Source: an uncultured Rickettsiales bacterium
GTDB taxonomy: Bacteria; Myxococcota_A; UBA796; UBA9615
Direction of reading: 5' to 3'
Length of the DNA stretch: 64,000 bases
NCBI GenBank assembly: GCA_964416435.1
Contig: CAYQEG010000013.1
Coordinates: 1,924 to 65,923 of the forward strand
Shown: piece after piece, positions 48,428 to 59,266 of the stretch
Layout: each line of letters begins with the position of its first letter
Numbering within the stretch: the stretch's first letter is position 1
The notes under the pieces: generated by a model
Told to the model about the DNA's origin: nothing
The model's input: the letters and a program-made list of their open reading frames with translations, nothing else
Database searches by the model: none
Program-made: the position numbers and the translations under genes

Positions 48428-49774
48428 TCAGGAGCGACGAGCGACGAAACGCTCGATGAATCCCGTGTCGAAGTCCCCGGACAAAAACTCCGGATCCCGC
48501 ATCACCTCGCGGTGGAACGGGACAGTGGTCTTGATGCCCTCGACCACGAACTCGTCCAGCGCCCAGCGCATCCTCAGGATCGCCTCGTCGCGATCCGCTC
48601 CCCACACGATCAACTTGGCGAGCAGCGAGTCGTAGAACGGCAGCACGGTCGCCCGGTCGTGGATCCAGGTGTCTACCCGCACCCCGTAGCCGCCCGGCTC
48701 GTGGTAGCCGGTCACGACGCCCGGTGAGGGAGCGAACGTGAACGGGTCCTCGGCGTTGATCCGGCACTCGATCGCGTGGCCCCTGAGCGCGATGTCGTCC
48801 TGGGTGAACGGCAGCGGCTCGCCCGCAGCGGAGCGGATCATCTGCTTGACCAGGTCGACGCCGGTCACCATCTCGGTGATCGGGTGCTCGACCTGGATCC
48901 GGGTGTTCATCTCGATGAAGTAGAAGTTGTGGTCGGCGTCGGCGAGGAACTCGACCGTGCCGGCAGAGCTGTAGCCGATCGCCTTGGCCGCGCTGACCGC
49001 CGCTTCGCCCAGCCGGGCCCGCATCTCCGGGGAGACCAGCGGCGAGGGCGCCTCCTCCAGCACCTTCTGGTGACGCCGCTGCAGGCTGCACTCGCGCTCG
49101 CCCAGGTGCACCACGTTGCCGTGCTGGTCCCCGAGGACCTGGACCTCGATGTGGCGGGGCTTGACGACGAACTTCTCGAGGTACAGCGAGCCGTCCCCGA
49201 AGCACGCCAGCGCCTCGGCCGACGCCAGCCGGAACGCCCCGGGCAGCGACGCTGCGTCGGGGGCCAGCTTCATGCCCTTGCCGCCGCCCCCCGAGCTCGC
49301 CTTGAGGAGCACCGGGTAGCCCACCTGCTCGGCCACCTCGAGCGCGGCGTCGGGGGTGTCGAGCACGCCCGGCGACCCCGGCACCAGCGGGGTGCCGGCG
49401 TGGCGCACCGTCGCCTTGGCCGTCGCCTTGTCGCCCATCAGCCGGATCTGCTCCGGCGTCGGGCCGATGAAGTGCACGCCCGCGTTGGCGCAGTCTTCGG
49501 CGAACTCGGCGTTCTCGGCGAGGAAGCCGTAGCCGGGGTGCACCGCGTCGGCGCCGGATATCTCCAGCGCGCTGAGCAGCGCGGGCACGTTCAAGTAGCT
49601 GTCGCGAGCCTGCGGCGGGCCGATGCAGATCGACTGATCCGCGAACCGCACGTGCAGGCTGTTGGCGTCCGCGGTGGAGTGCACCGAGACCGTCTCGATC
49701 TCCAGCTCCTTGCAGGCGCGGATGATGCGGAGCGCGATCTCGCCGCGGTTGGCGATCAGGACCTTGCGAAACAT
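48428..49774 (-). CDS. accC: Acetyl-CoA carboxylase biotin carboxylase subunit
   Basis: KVLIANRGEIA, HPGYGFLAEN, GGGGKGM, ERECSLQRRHQK, EMNTRIQVEH, ECRINAED. Confidence 0.97.
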   Translation of the reverse strand: MFRKVLIANRGEIALRIIRACKELEIETVSVHSTADANSLHVRFADQSICIGPPQARDSYLNVPALLSALEISGADAVHPGYGFLAENAEFAEDCANAGVHFIGPTPEQIRLMGDKATAKATVRHAGTPLVPGSPGVLDTPDAALEVAEQVGYPVLLKASSGGGGKGMKLAPDAASLPGAFRLASAEALACFGDGSLYLEKFVVKPRHIEVQVLGDQHGNVVHLGERECSLQRRHQKVLEEAPSPLVSPEMRARLGEAAVSAAKAIGYSSAGTVEFLADADHNFYFIEMNTRIQVEHPITEMVTGVDLVKQMIRSAAGEPLPFTQDDIALRGHAIECRINAEDPFTFAPSPGVVTGYHEPGGYGVRVDTWIHDRATVLPFYDSLLAKLIVWGADRDEAILRMRWALDEFVVEGIKTTVPFHREVMRDPEFLSGDFDTGFIERFVARRS

Positions 49775-49787
49775 GGAGCCCTCGGTG

Positions 49788-50252
<465 letters not shown>

Positions 50253-50266
50253 CGTGATTCCACCGG

Positions 50267-50701
50267 TTACAGCAGTCCCAGGGCAGCTTCCAGACCGAGG
50301 AGGTACGAGTCGACGCCAAACCCCGCGATGAACCCCACCACCACCGGTGAGAGCAGCGACGTATGGCGAAACTCCTCTCGAGCCGCCGTGTTTGAGAGGT
50401 GGACTTCTATCACGGGCAGACCGCAGGCCACAACGGCGTCCCGGAGGGCTACCGACGTGTGGGTGAATCCGCCGGCGTTCAAGACCACCGCGTCGGTGCC
50501 GTCGGCCATCGCTGCGTGCAGGCGATCGATGAGCCCGCCCTCGTGGTTGCTCTGCAGGCACTCCAGCTCCACGCCGCGCGCGTCGGCCCGCGCCTGCAGG
50601 GCGGAGTCCACCTCGGCGAGCGTGGTGCGGCCGTAGACGTCCGGCTCCCGCTGCCCCAGCAGGTTCAGGTTCGGTCCGTGAAGCACGAGGATCCTGGGCA
50701 C
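50267..50701 (-). CDS. aroQ: Type II 3-dehydroquinate dehydratase
   Basis: [45 protein letters not shown]. Confidence 0.96.
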   Translation of the reverse strand: MPRILVLHGPNLNLLGQREPDVYGRTTLAEVDSALQARADARGVELECLQSNHEGGLIDRLHAAMADGTDAVVLNAGGFTHTSVALRDAVVACGLPVIEVHLSNTAAREEFRHTSLLSPVVVGFIAGFGVDSYLLGLEAALGLL

Positions 50702-50704
50702 GGC

Positions 50705-51460
50705 CTACTCCTCCACGAGGTCCTGGAGCGCCGCCTCGAGCCCCTCGGCCGTCGGCGCGGGGGCCGGCAGATCGGCCAGCTCGGTGGGATCCCCGCCGAG
50801 CTCGGTGTAGCGCTCTCGCAGGCTCTGGCGGCTCGGATCCCGGACGACCAGCGCGGCCAGCATCTGCAATGCACCGTCGACGTCCCCCTGCGCCGCGAGC
50901 AGCTCCGCCATGGTCGCGTTGGTGAAGGGATCGACGCCGGCGTCGGGCTGCAGGTCGAGGGAATCGAGGGGGACCCCCACCTGGGGCGCCGGCCGCGAGG
51001 ACGCCGGCATGGTGTCCCCCTTGGCCCCGATCAGCTTGGAGGGGGCGGGCATCGCCGGCCGCGAGCCTGGCTCGATGGAGTCCAACCTCACCTGGAGCCA
51101 CTCGGCCCCCGGCGCCAGCTCCAGCATGCGCTCCAGCGCGTCCCGCTCGGCGCTGGCGTCGCCCCTGGCGCGCATCAGGTCGGCGAGCAGGTGGAGCGCC
51201 TCCCAGTGACGCGGGAGCACCGCGAGCACGTCTCCGAGCTCTCGCACCGCGCCCGACGCGTCGCCCTGGTCGGCCAGGAGTCGGGCGTTCAGGACGTGAC
51301 CTGCGAGGTGACCCGGGCGTGCTGCGAGGCCGTGCTTGAGCACCTCCGCCGCCTCATCGAGCCGCTGGGCGTCCCGGTAGCAGGCAGCGAGGCGCACGAA
51401 GACCGACGGCGGATCGCGCCGCCAGGCCTCCTTGAGGGCGCTCAGGCGTTGGCTGGACAT
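50705..51460 (-). CDS. TPR protein
   Basis: N-terminal TPRs (FVRLAACYR) and C-terminal [13 protein letters not shown] motif. Confidence 0.75.
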   Translation of the reverse strand: MSSQRLSALKEAWRRDPPSVFVRLAACYRDAQRLDEAAEVLKHGLAARPGHLAGHVLNARLLADQGDASGAVRELGDVLAVLPRHWEALHLLADLMRARGDASAERDALERMLELAPGAEWLQVRLDSIEPGSRPAMPAPSKLIGAKGDTMPASSRPAPQVGVPLDSLDLQPDAGVDPFTNATMAELLAAQGDVDGALQMLAALVVRDPSRQSLRERYTELGGDPTELADLPAPAPTAEGLEAALQDLVEE

Positions 51461-51490
51461 GTCACACGGCCGCGAGGGGCCGCGGCCCGA

Positions 51491-52075
51491 TCAACCGGCG
51501 CCGGGCTGGAGCAGGAGGGTGGCGCTGTCGACGCCGATGTCGATGAGGACCGAGGTCTCGACCGCCTGGCCGCTGACCGGATCCACGGGCATCTTGTCGA
51601 CCCAGATCCAGAAGTCGACCTGGCCGTTGTTGTCCGTCCACGTCTCGACGAAGGTCGGGCGGTAGTCGCCCTCGAAGCTTCCGCTGAACTCGGCCCAGAC
51701 TTCGCCGCTGGCGGCGACGTCCTGCCAGTTCTCCGTGTCGGGGAGCGCGACGGCCTCGATGACCTCCTGCGGGAGCAGGTAGACGTCCTTGAAGCCGCTG
51801 CTGACGCGGACCCAGATGTTGTTCACAGGGGTCGTCGTCTCTTCGTCGGTCACGCCGATCGAGAAGGGGATGATGACCGGAGGCGACGGCTGATCGAGGT
51901 CGCAGTTCGGGTCGAGCGGCTGGAAGGTCAGCGGGTCGATCTGGCAACCGAACCACGAGACCTTGAAGTCCTCCACGTCGTCCAGAATGCTCCCCGGAGG
52001 GGCATCCCACGGGCCAGCGTTGCAGCCCGACAGGGCTACGGCGACGACGGCCAAGAACATCCAAAGCTGCTTCAT
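51491..52075 (-). CDS. Hypothetical lipoprotein
   Basis: Lipobox LSGC and a beta-rich Ig-like body (TWTDNNGQVDF). Confidence 0.7.
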   Translation of the reverse strand: MKQLWMFLAVVAVALSGCNAGPWDAPPGSILDDVEDFKVSWFGCQIDPLTFQPLDPNCDLDQPSPPVIIPFSIGVTDEETTTPVNNIWVRVSSGFKDVYLLPQEVIEAVALPDTENWQDVAASGEVWAEFSGSFEGDYRPTFVETWTDNNGQVDFWIWVDKMPVDPVSGQAVETSVLIDIGVDSATLLLQPGAG

Positions 52076-52076
52076 C

Positions 52077-53702
52077 TCACACTCCTTGCTCTGAGAATAC
52101 CCCAGATGTAGCCATCCGCGCCAACCAGTGGCCTCGCTGTTCCAAGGGTAGGGCCACCAACACGGGGTCCGAAAGGGCACGAACGAACACCCACGTCAGC
52201 TCGTCACCCCGGGTCTTCTTGTCCCCGACGAGGGCCTGAGACAGCGCCACGCTGGAGACCCCGGGCACCGACGTCGGGAGCCCGAGCCGAACCAGCAGGC
52301 GCCGGATGCGGTCCGCCAGGGCCGGATCCGCGAAGCCCAGATCTCCCGCCAGTTCGGCCGCCGCGACCAGGCCGACGGCCACCGCCTCGCCGTGGAGGAG
52401 CCGAGCGTACCGGGTCGCGGCCTCGAGGGCGTGCCCGAACGTGTGGCCGAGGTTCAGGATCCGCCTCAGGCCCTGCTCCTTCGTGTCCTCGGCGACCACC
52501 TGCGCCTTGAACGCGCAGCAGCGCCGGACCGCGTCGGCGACGGCGACCGGATCGCGCCGCAGCATCGCGGCCGGGTCCGCCTCCAGCCGCTCGAACAGCT
52601 CGGCGTCACCGAGCAGCGCGGTCTTCACGACCTCGCCCAGACCGGCTCGATACTCGCGATCCCCCAGGGTGCGCAGGAACGACAGGTCGGCCACGACGAG
52701 GCTCGGCTGCTTGAACGTGCCGACGAGGTTCTTGCCCGAGCGGTGGTTGACCCCCACCTTGCCGCCGACGCTGCTGTCCACCATCGACAGCAGCGTGGTC
52801 GGCACCTGGACCACCGGCACGCCGCGCAGCAGGAGCGCCGCGACCAGCCCGGCCATGTCGCCCAGGACGCCCCCTCCGAGCGCGACGACGGGGGCCGAGC
52901 GCTGCCAGCCCTGGTCGAGCAGGCGATCGACCGCGTCGAGGACGGGGCGGACGCGCTTGTTCTCCTCGCCCGCCGGGAGGGCGACGTCGATCACCTCGCG
53001 GCCGGAGCTTCGAAGCGCCGCGCCGACCGCGGCCGAGTGCAGCGGCCCGACGTTCCAGTCGGCGAGCAGGGCGATCGGCCCTTGCCCGATCTGCGCCACC
53101 TCGTCCCGCAGCGCGTCGTGCAGGCCGTCTCCGATGACGATGTCGTACGCCTCGCCGGGGATCTCGACCCGAAGGCGGTGCAGCTCGCCAGCCGACGCCG
53201 GCTCGGCCGGGCTCGGGCTGCCGACGAGCGCCTCGATCGCCGACGCCACGTCCCCCGGCGGCCGGTCACCGTCCACCCGGAGCGGCGCCTCGGCGTAGGC
53301 CGGAGCCCGCGCCTCGAACCGCTGGTCGACCTGGTCGTCCCACAGCGGGCGGTCTCCGTCGCTCAGGGCGACCCGTCGGCGCAGCTCCCCCAGCGGGACG
53401 TCGATGTGCACCCAGGAGGCGCGCTCCAGGAGCAGCGCCCGGCTGTCGGGGTCGAGCACCGCCCCCCCGCCCAGCGCGACCACGCGGTCGTCCACAGCGA
53501 GGGCCCCCTGCAGCAGGCGCGCCTCCATGGCCCGGAACGCGGGCTCCCCCAGGTCGGAGAAGACGGCGTGCACCGGGCGGGCGAAGGCGGCCGCGATCTG
53601 GCTGTCGAGGTCGACGAACCGGCGCCCGGTGGAGCGCGCCAGGCGCTCACCGACGGTCGTCTTGCCGGCTCCCATGAAGCCGGAGAGGGCGATGGGTCTC
53701 AT
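52077..53702 (-). CDS. aroKB: Bifunctional shikimate kinase / 3-dehydroquinate synthase
   Basis: GFMGAGKTTVG...GEPAFR (AroK) fused to GGGVLGD, PTTLLSMVDSSVGGK, LNLGHTFGHALE, LHGEAV (AroB). Confidence 0.95.
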   Translation of the reverse strand: MRPIALSGFMGAGKTTVGERLARSTGRRFVDLDSQIAAAFARPVHAVFSDLGEPAFRAMEARLLQGALAVDDRVVALGGGAVLDPDSRALLLERASWVHIDVPLGELRRRVALSDGDRPLWDDQVDQRFEARAPAYAEAPLRVDGDRPPGDVASAIEALVGSPSPAEPASAGELHRLRVEIPGEAYDIVIGDGLHDALRDEVAQIGQGPIALLADWNVGPLHSAAVGAALRSSGREVIDVALPAGEENKRVRPVLDAVDRLLDQGWQRSAPVVALGGGVLGDMAGLVAALLLRGVPVVQVPTTLLSMVDSSVGGKVGVNHRSGKNLVGTFKQPSLVVADLSFLRTLGDREYRAGLGEVVKTALLGDAELFERLEADPAAMLRRDPVAVADAVRRCCAFKAQVVAEDTKEQGLRRILNLGHTFGHALEAATRYARLLHGEAVAVGLVAAAELAGDLGFADPALADRIRRLLVRLGLPTSVPGVSSVALSQALVGDKKTRGDELTWVFVRALSDPVLVALPLEQRGHWLARMATSGVFSEQGV

Positions 53703-53788
53703 CGGTGCACCAGCGGAGCACTGCCTGGCCCGCCCGAGGTTTCGGGGGCGGGCACGGGCACGGGCACGGGGTCGGGCTGACGGCCCGA

Positions 53789-56203
53789 CTAGCGCATCTG
53801 CTGGACGATCGTCGGCGTGATGAAGACGAGCAGCTCGCGCCGATCCTCGCGGCGGGCGGTCCGCTTGAACAGCCAGCCGAGCACCGGGATCTTGCCGAGG
53901 CCCGGGACGAAGTCACGGTTGACCGACGTCTCGTAGTTGTAGACGCCGCCGATGACCGTCGTGTCGCCGTCGGCCACCATCACCGTCGTCGTCGCCTCCT
54001 TGATCTGGATGGTCGGCAGGTTGCCGATCGCCTGACCGAAATCGGGACGGTTCTTGGTGATGCTGATCGTCAGGAAGATCGTGCCGTCCGCGGTGATCTG
54101 CGGCGTCACCGACAGCAGCAGGACCGCTTCGACGAACTGCACGTTCGTGCCTCGCAGCGACGCCGTCTGGAACGGAATCCGCGCACCGTCGCGGATCGTC
54201 GCCGCGCGGTTGGTGACCGTCGTGATCGACGGAGCGGAGATGATCTTCGACTCACCGGAGGTCTCACCGGCCGACAGGCGGGCGTCCAGGTTCACCAGGC
54301 CCGAGATGGAGCCGAGGGACAGGCCGATGCTGCCGGTCGAGGCCGCCGCGGGCAGGTCCACGACGTAGTTCGGGACGGTCGTGAAGTTGCTGGACCGGCC
54401 ACCGATGGTCGACGTGTTCTCGCTGACGGTCGTCGCCGTGGAACCACCGGAGAGGCCGATGGTGTTCGGGAAGAAGAGGCCGGTCGGGGCGCCCGTAGCG
54501 GGCGAGAAGTTGAGGTTGCCACCCCACTGGATACCGAGGGCCCGGGAGAAGCTGTCCGACGCCTCGACGATCCTCGCCTCGATGTGCACCTGCGGGGTGC
54601 GCGTGTCGAGCGCCCGGACCAGCTGACGGATCTGGGTGAGGTTCTTGTCGATGTCGCGGATGATCAGGCTGTTGGTCCGCTCGTCGAAGGTGATCGAGCC
54701 GCGCTTGCTGATCATCGACTCGAGCTGCGTCAGCACCTCGGAGGCGTTCGCGTAGTTCAGCGGCAGGGTCAGGACCCGGAGCGGCAGCGACTCGGCTTCG
54801 GCCTTCTTCGTCGCCGCGGCGTCCTCACGCTCCTTGCGGATGGTGCCGATGGGCGCGACGCGTACCACGTTGCCGTACTGAACGGCGCCGAGGCCCTTGG
54901 CCTGGAGCACCGCGACCAGCGCCTGGTCCCACGGGACCTCCTGCAGCTGCACCGTCACGTCGCCCTGCACGTCGTCGCTGCTGACGATGTTGAGCTTGCT
55001 GACCGCGCTGATGAGGCGGAACACGTTGTGGATGTTGGCGTTGACCAGGTTCAGGTTGAGCGGGAAGCCCGTCCACTGGTGGTTCGGGTCGATCTCGCCG
55101 ACGAAGATGCCTTCGCCGCCCGGGAGCACCGATCGCACGCGGCGGCGGGCGACCTTGGCCGGGTCACTGACCTCGCCGCCTTCGCCGATCAGGACCTCTC
55201 GTCCCGTCGCGCTCTGGATCGTCTCGTCCTCCACGACCACCGGCTCGTCGTCTTCGACCGACGGCTCCACCACGACCGGCGCGTCGTAGGCGGCGCCGGC
55301 GATGGACGGGGGAATCGGGAAGTCGATGATGACGACGTTGTCGCGCTCGGTGATGGTCGGCGTCACGGGCTCGCGCAGGTCGACGACGATCTTCACTTCG
55401 CCGGCGGTGCGGCGGGAGCGGAACGCGGAGACGCCGGAGACCGCCGAGGCGAACTGGCTGGTGTCGAGGCGGCGCTCCAGGCCGGAGCCCAGCGACGCGC
55501 CGCGCACCGCGATGACCATCCGGTTGTCGGACGGATAGGACGTCGCGTAGTCCATCCGGCGGCTGCCGGTGATGACCAGGCGGGAGATGCTCGACTCCAG
55601 CTTCTGCTGGAAGTCGACGCCGCGGATCTGGATGCCGGTGGTCGAGTAGGCGTGGTCACCGGCGACCGAGGACAGCTCACCGGTCCGGGTGGACTCGATG
55701 CGGAGGTCGACGTCCGGGGTGGACCCGGCCGCCATCGGCTCCTCTTCGGCCATCGCAGCGGCGATGGCGTCCTCTTCGGCGGAGCTTCCGCCGCTCTCCT
55801 CGGCCCGATGGAGCGTCAACGTGAGCGTCTGCCCCGCCGTCGCCTCGTCGTACCCGAGCAGCGCGGTCAGGTAGATGCGGATCTCGGTGTTGGTGCCCGA
55901 GGCATCACTGCTCTCGGAGACCTCGATGCGATCGACGACGCCGTTGCCGACGGTCATCACCGGCTCCACCGAGCCCATCGTCATGCCAGCGCAGCTGACC
56001 ACGAGCGTGGGCGGCTCGGTGATGGTGAAGTTGCCGCAGTTCGGCCGGTCGGTCGCCGCCAACTCCAGGACGACGTCGCCGCCGCTGTCGCTGATGCCGA
56101 TCGCCTGCAACGTAGCCGGGCCGTCCTGAGCGAAGGCGCTCCCCGCCATCAACAGTGCGATGGCGCCGACGGTCACTCGCGCGAGCTGAATGTCCAGACC
56201 CAT
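53789..56203 (-). CDS. pilQ: Type IV pilus secretin PilQ
   Basis: AMIN domains, VPWDQAL, DERTNSLII, QVHIEARIVE, LGIQWG, VPGLGKIPVLGWLFK, ELLVFITP. Confidence 0.95.
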   Translation of the reverse strand: MGLDIQLARVTVGAIALLMAGSAFAQDGPATLQAIGISDSGGDVVLELAATDRPNCGNFTITEPPTLVVSCAGMTMGSVEPVMTVGNGVVDRIEVSESSDASGTNTEIRIYLTALLGYDEATAGQTLTLTLHRAEESGGSSAEEDAIAAAMAEEEPMAAGSTPDVDLRIESTRTGELSSVAGDHAYSTTGIQIRGVDFQQKLESSISRLVITGSRRMDYATSYPSDNRMVIAVRGASLGSGLERRLDTSQFASAVSGVSAFRSRRTAGEVKIVVDLREPVTPTITERDNVVIIDFPIPPSIAGAAYDAPVVVEPSVEDDEPVVVEDETIQSATGREVLIGEGGEVSDPAKVARRRVRSVLPGGEGIFVGEIDPNHQWTGFPLNLNLVNANIHNVFRLISAVSKLNIVSSDDVQGDVTVQLQEVPWDQALVAVLQAKGLGAVQYGNVVRVAPIGTIRKEREDAAATKKAEAESLPLRVLTLPLNYANASEVLTQLESMISKRGSITFDERTNSLIIRDIDKNLTQIRQLVRALDTRTPQVHIEARIVEASDSFSRALGIQWGGNLNFSPATGAPTGLFFPNTIGLSGGSTATTVSENTSTIGGRSSNFTTVPNYVVDLPAAASTGSIGLSLGSISGLVNLDARLSAGETSGESKIISAPSITTVTNRAATIRDGARIPFQTASLRGTNVQFVEAVLLLSVTPQITADGTIFLTISITKNRPDFGQAIGNLPTIQIKEATTTVMVADGDTTVIGGVYNYETSVNRDFVPGLGKIPVLGWLFKRTARREDRRELLVFITPTIVQQMR

Positions 56204-56220
56204 GGTTTCTCAGCCTCCGC

Positions 56221-56760
<540 letters not shown>

Positions 56761-56761
56761 C

Positions 56762-57376
56762 TCAGCGCCTCCTGCCGCGGCCCGCGCCGCCGCCACCGGA
56801 GACCTCAGCCTCGGTGAGGAAGCGGTAGGTCACCGCGGTGCCGTCGATGGTCAGGACGATCTTGCCGCTGCGCTCGAGCGGGTCGTGCATCGAGATGTTG
56901 CGGATGTTCACGATCCGGTTGAGCTTGCCGATCCGGTCGAAGAAGGTCGCCACCTCGTGGTAGCTGCCCTCGACCTTGAGCTTGACGGGCACGTCCGCGT
57001 AGAAGTCCCGGCGCACCTGGGGGAGGGGCTGGAACAGCAGGAACTCCAGGCCGATCTTCTTGCCGATGGACGAGATCCGTCGGACCAGCTCGGGAATCTC
57101 CGCCTCGTTCGGGAGCTCCTTGACGGCCTTGGCGAGCTCCTCGTTGAGGCGCTCGACGCGTCGCTCCCAGCGGTCGCGGTTCTCGGCGATGTCGCGGTTC
57201 TCGTCCCGCTGTTCGGTCAGCTCTTCCTGCTTGTCCCGCTCCGTCACGATCGACTCGGACGTGGGCTTGATGAGGAAGAAGAAGATCATGAAGCCGAGCA
57301 GCGCGTAGATGCCGATCGCGCCCGCCAGCTTCTGAGCTGCGGTGAGCTTGCCAATCCGTTCGAGAAGGTCGCCCAT
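56762..57376 (-). CDS. pilO: Type IV pilus protein PilO
   Basis: LPNEAEIP, FYADVPV, GSYHEVATFF..RIVN, AVTYRF. Confidence 0.93.
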   Translation of the reverse strand: MGDLLERIGKLTAAQKLAGAIGIYALLGFMIFFFLIKPTSESIVTERDKQEELTEQRDENRDIAENRDRWERRVERLNEELAKAVKELPNEAEIPELVRRISSIGKKIGLEFLLFQPLPQVRRDFYADVPVKLKVEGSYHEVATFFDRIGKLNRIVNIRNISMHDPLERSGKIVLTIDGTAVTYRFLTEAEVSGGGGAGRGRRR

Positions 57377-57940
57377 CTAGCCTTCTCCCTCACCGGCGCC
57401 GGGCACCACCATGCGGCTGGTGATCGTGAACGCCTTGAGGTTCAGGTCGTCCACCGAGTCCTGCTCGATGGAGACGAGGTAGACCTCGCGGAAGTAGATC
57501 GACTCGTCGAGCCGGTTCATGAACGTCGCGATGACCTCGTTGTTGATCGACATCCCGCGGAGCTGCACACGGCCCTCCGTCTCGTCCAGCTCGGTGAGCC
57601 AGAGCTTCTCGGGGATGCGCGTCGCCAGCTCGTCCAGCATGTGGACGGGGCCGGTCTTGTTCGCCTTGAGCGATCGGATGACGTCGAGCTTCCGCTCCAG
57701 CAGCGCCTCCTGCTCCTTGTACTCGTCCACCTCGCCGATGACCTTCTTGAGGTCTTCGATCTCGTTGGCGAGGAGGCGGTTCTCGTTCTGGACCTGGTCC
57801 AGCTCGCTCGCCTTGCCCCGGTACATGAGGAAGCCGACCAGCAGCACCATCACGAGACCCGCCACGAACAGCACCAGGTGGCGCTGCACCGCTTCCTTCT
57901 TGCGGGCTGCCCGGACGGGCAGGAGGTTGATCTTGATCAT
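57377..57940 (-). CDS. pilN: Type IV pilus protein PilN
   Basis: MIKINLLP motif, TM helix, coiled coil, IPEKLWL. Confidence 0.93.
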   Translation of the reverse strand: MIKINLLPVRAARKKEAVQRHLVLFVAGLVMVLLVGFLMYRGKASELDQVQNENRLLANEIEDLKKVIGEVDEYKEQEALLERKLDVIRSLKANKTGPVHMLDELATRIPEKLWLTELDETEGRVQLRGMSINNEVIATFMNRLDESIYFREVYLVSIEQDSVDDLNLKAFTITSRMVVPGAGEGEG

Positions 57941-59016
57941 CGGTCGCCAGCCCTCCGCAACCCGAGCCCCACGGCTACTGCAGCCATGGGCGCCACCTCG
58001 TTGAGGAACGCGATGTTGAAGTCCCGCTCGTTGATCTCGACCTTGCGGAAGGCGTTGACGAGCTCGACGGGCAGGCCGGTCTTGTCCTGGATCGTACGGG
58101 TCAACCCGGGGATCCGGGACGAGCCGCCCGACAGGAAGATGCGGGAGATCTCATCTTCCGTCGAGGTGGCCGCGTAGAAATCCAGCGAACGCTGGATCTC
58201 GGTCGCGACGTTCTCGGACACCGAGCGGATGATCCCCTCGACCTCCTCGGGCACGACCGCCTGGGAGTCGCGGACGATGTCGCCGCCGATCTTCAGCGCC
58301 TCGGCCTCCTCGTAGGAGACGTTGAGCTGCTTCTGGATCTCCTCGGTGTACTGGTTGCCGCCGAGGGTGATGTCGCGGGTGAAGGCGGTGATGCCGGCCC
58401 GCAGCACGTTGATGTTGATGATCGACGCGCCGATGTTGACGAGCACCACGGTGTCGTCGGGGCTGAGGTCGTAGTTCAGCTCGAAGCAGTTCTCGATCGC
58501 GAACGAGTCGACGTCCATGACGACCGGGTTGAGGCCGGCCTCCTGCACGATCGCCGTGTAGTCGTTGATCATGTCCTTCTTGGCCGCGACCAGGAGGACC
58601 TCCATCTGACCCGCCTCGTCACCGACCGGGTTGAGGATCTGGACGTCGATGTTGACGTCGTTGATGTCGAACGGGATGTACTGCTCCGCTTCCCACTGGA
58701 TGGATTCTTCCAGCTCGTCGCGGGTCATCACCGGCAGGTTGATCTTCTTGATGATCACCGAGTGACCGGAGACCGAGGTCACGACGTCCTTCGTCCGGAT
58801 CTTGTGGCTCGTGACGAGCTCCCGGATCGAATCGACGATGATGTTCGAGTTCATGAGTGCGCCGTCGACGATCGCCTCCGGCGGCAGCTTCTTCATGCCG
58901 AAATTCACGAGCGAGTACTTGCCCTTCGACTCCTGCAACTCCAACACCTTGATGTAGGAGGAGCCGATATCGAGCCCGATCGCGTTTTTCGGACGGCCGA
59001 AGCCCAGCACTGCCAT
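57937..59016 (-). CDS. pilM: Type IV pilus protein PilM
   Basis: IGLDIGSSYIK, EAEQYIPF, VLLVAAKK, EIQRSLDFY, LSGGSS, AVGLGLR. Confidence 0.96.
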   Translation of the reverse strand: MAVLGFGRPKNAIGLDIGSSYIKVLELQESKGKYSLVNFGMKKLPPEAIVDGALMNSNIIVDSIRELVTSHKIRTKDVVTSVSGHSVIIKKINLPVMTRDELEESIQWEAEQYIPFDINDVNIDVQILNPVGDEAGQMEVLLVAAKKDMINDYTAIVQEAGLNPVVMDVDSFAIENCFELNYDLSPDDTVVLVNIGASIININVLRAGITAFTRDITLGGNQYTEEIQKQLNVSYEEAEALKIGGDIVRDSQAVVPEEVEGIIRSVSENVATEIQRSLDFYAATSTEDEISRIFLSGGSSRIPGLTRTIQDKTGLPVELVNAFRKVEINERDFNIAFLNEVAPMAAVAVGLGLRRAGDR

Positions 59017-59154
59017 CCCGCTACTCCCTACACCCAGCTCGACAGACCACGCCCCCGGACGCTCCCGTCCATCGCGATCTGGCCGTCCTCTCAACCCGCC
59101 TCTCACCACGACTTCCGCCCAAGGGCCGGGAATCGCTGGCGTAACTCAACCTGA

Positions 59155-59183
59155 CTTTCCTACACGAGGGATCTCATTGTCAA
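59155..59183 (-). promoter_or_regulatory. Putative sigma70 promoter for pilM (perfect TTGACA -35)
   Basis: Minus strand reads TTGACA-N16-TAGGAA in the AT-richer intergenic region. A second TTGACA points the other way at 59244-59249. Confidence 0.4.
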
Positions 59184-59266
59184 GCTACGGGCATTGGGTA
59201 TGGGGGCTATACTTCCCATCGGGCCCCCTTGCTCAATCAAGCCTTGACAGGCCGTCCCGTCCACGC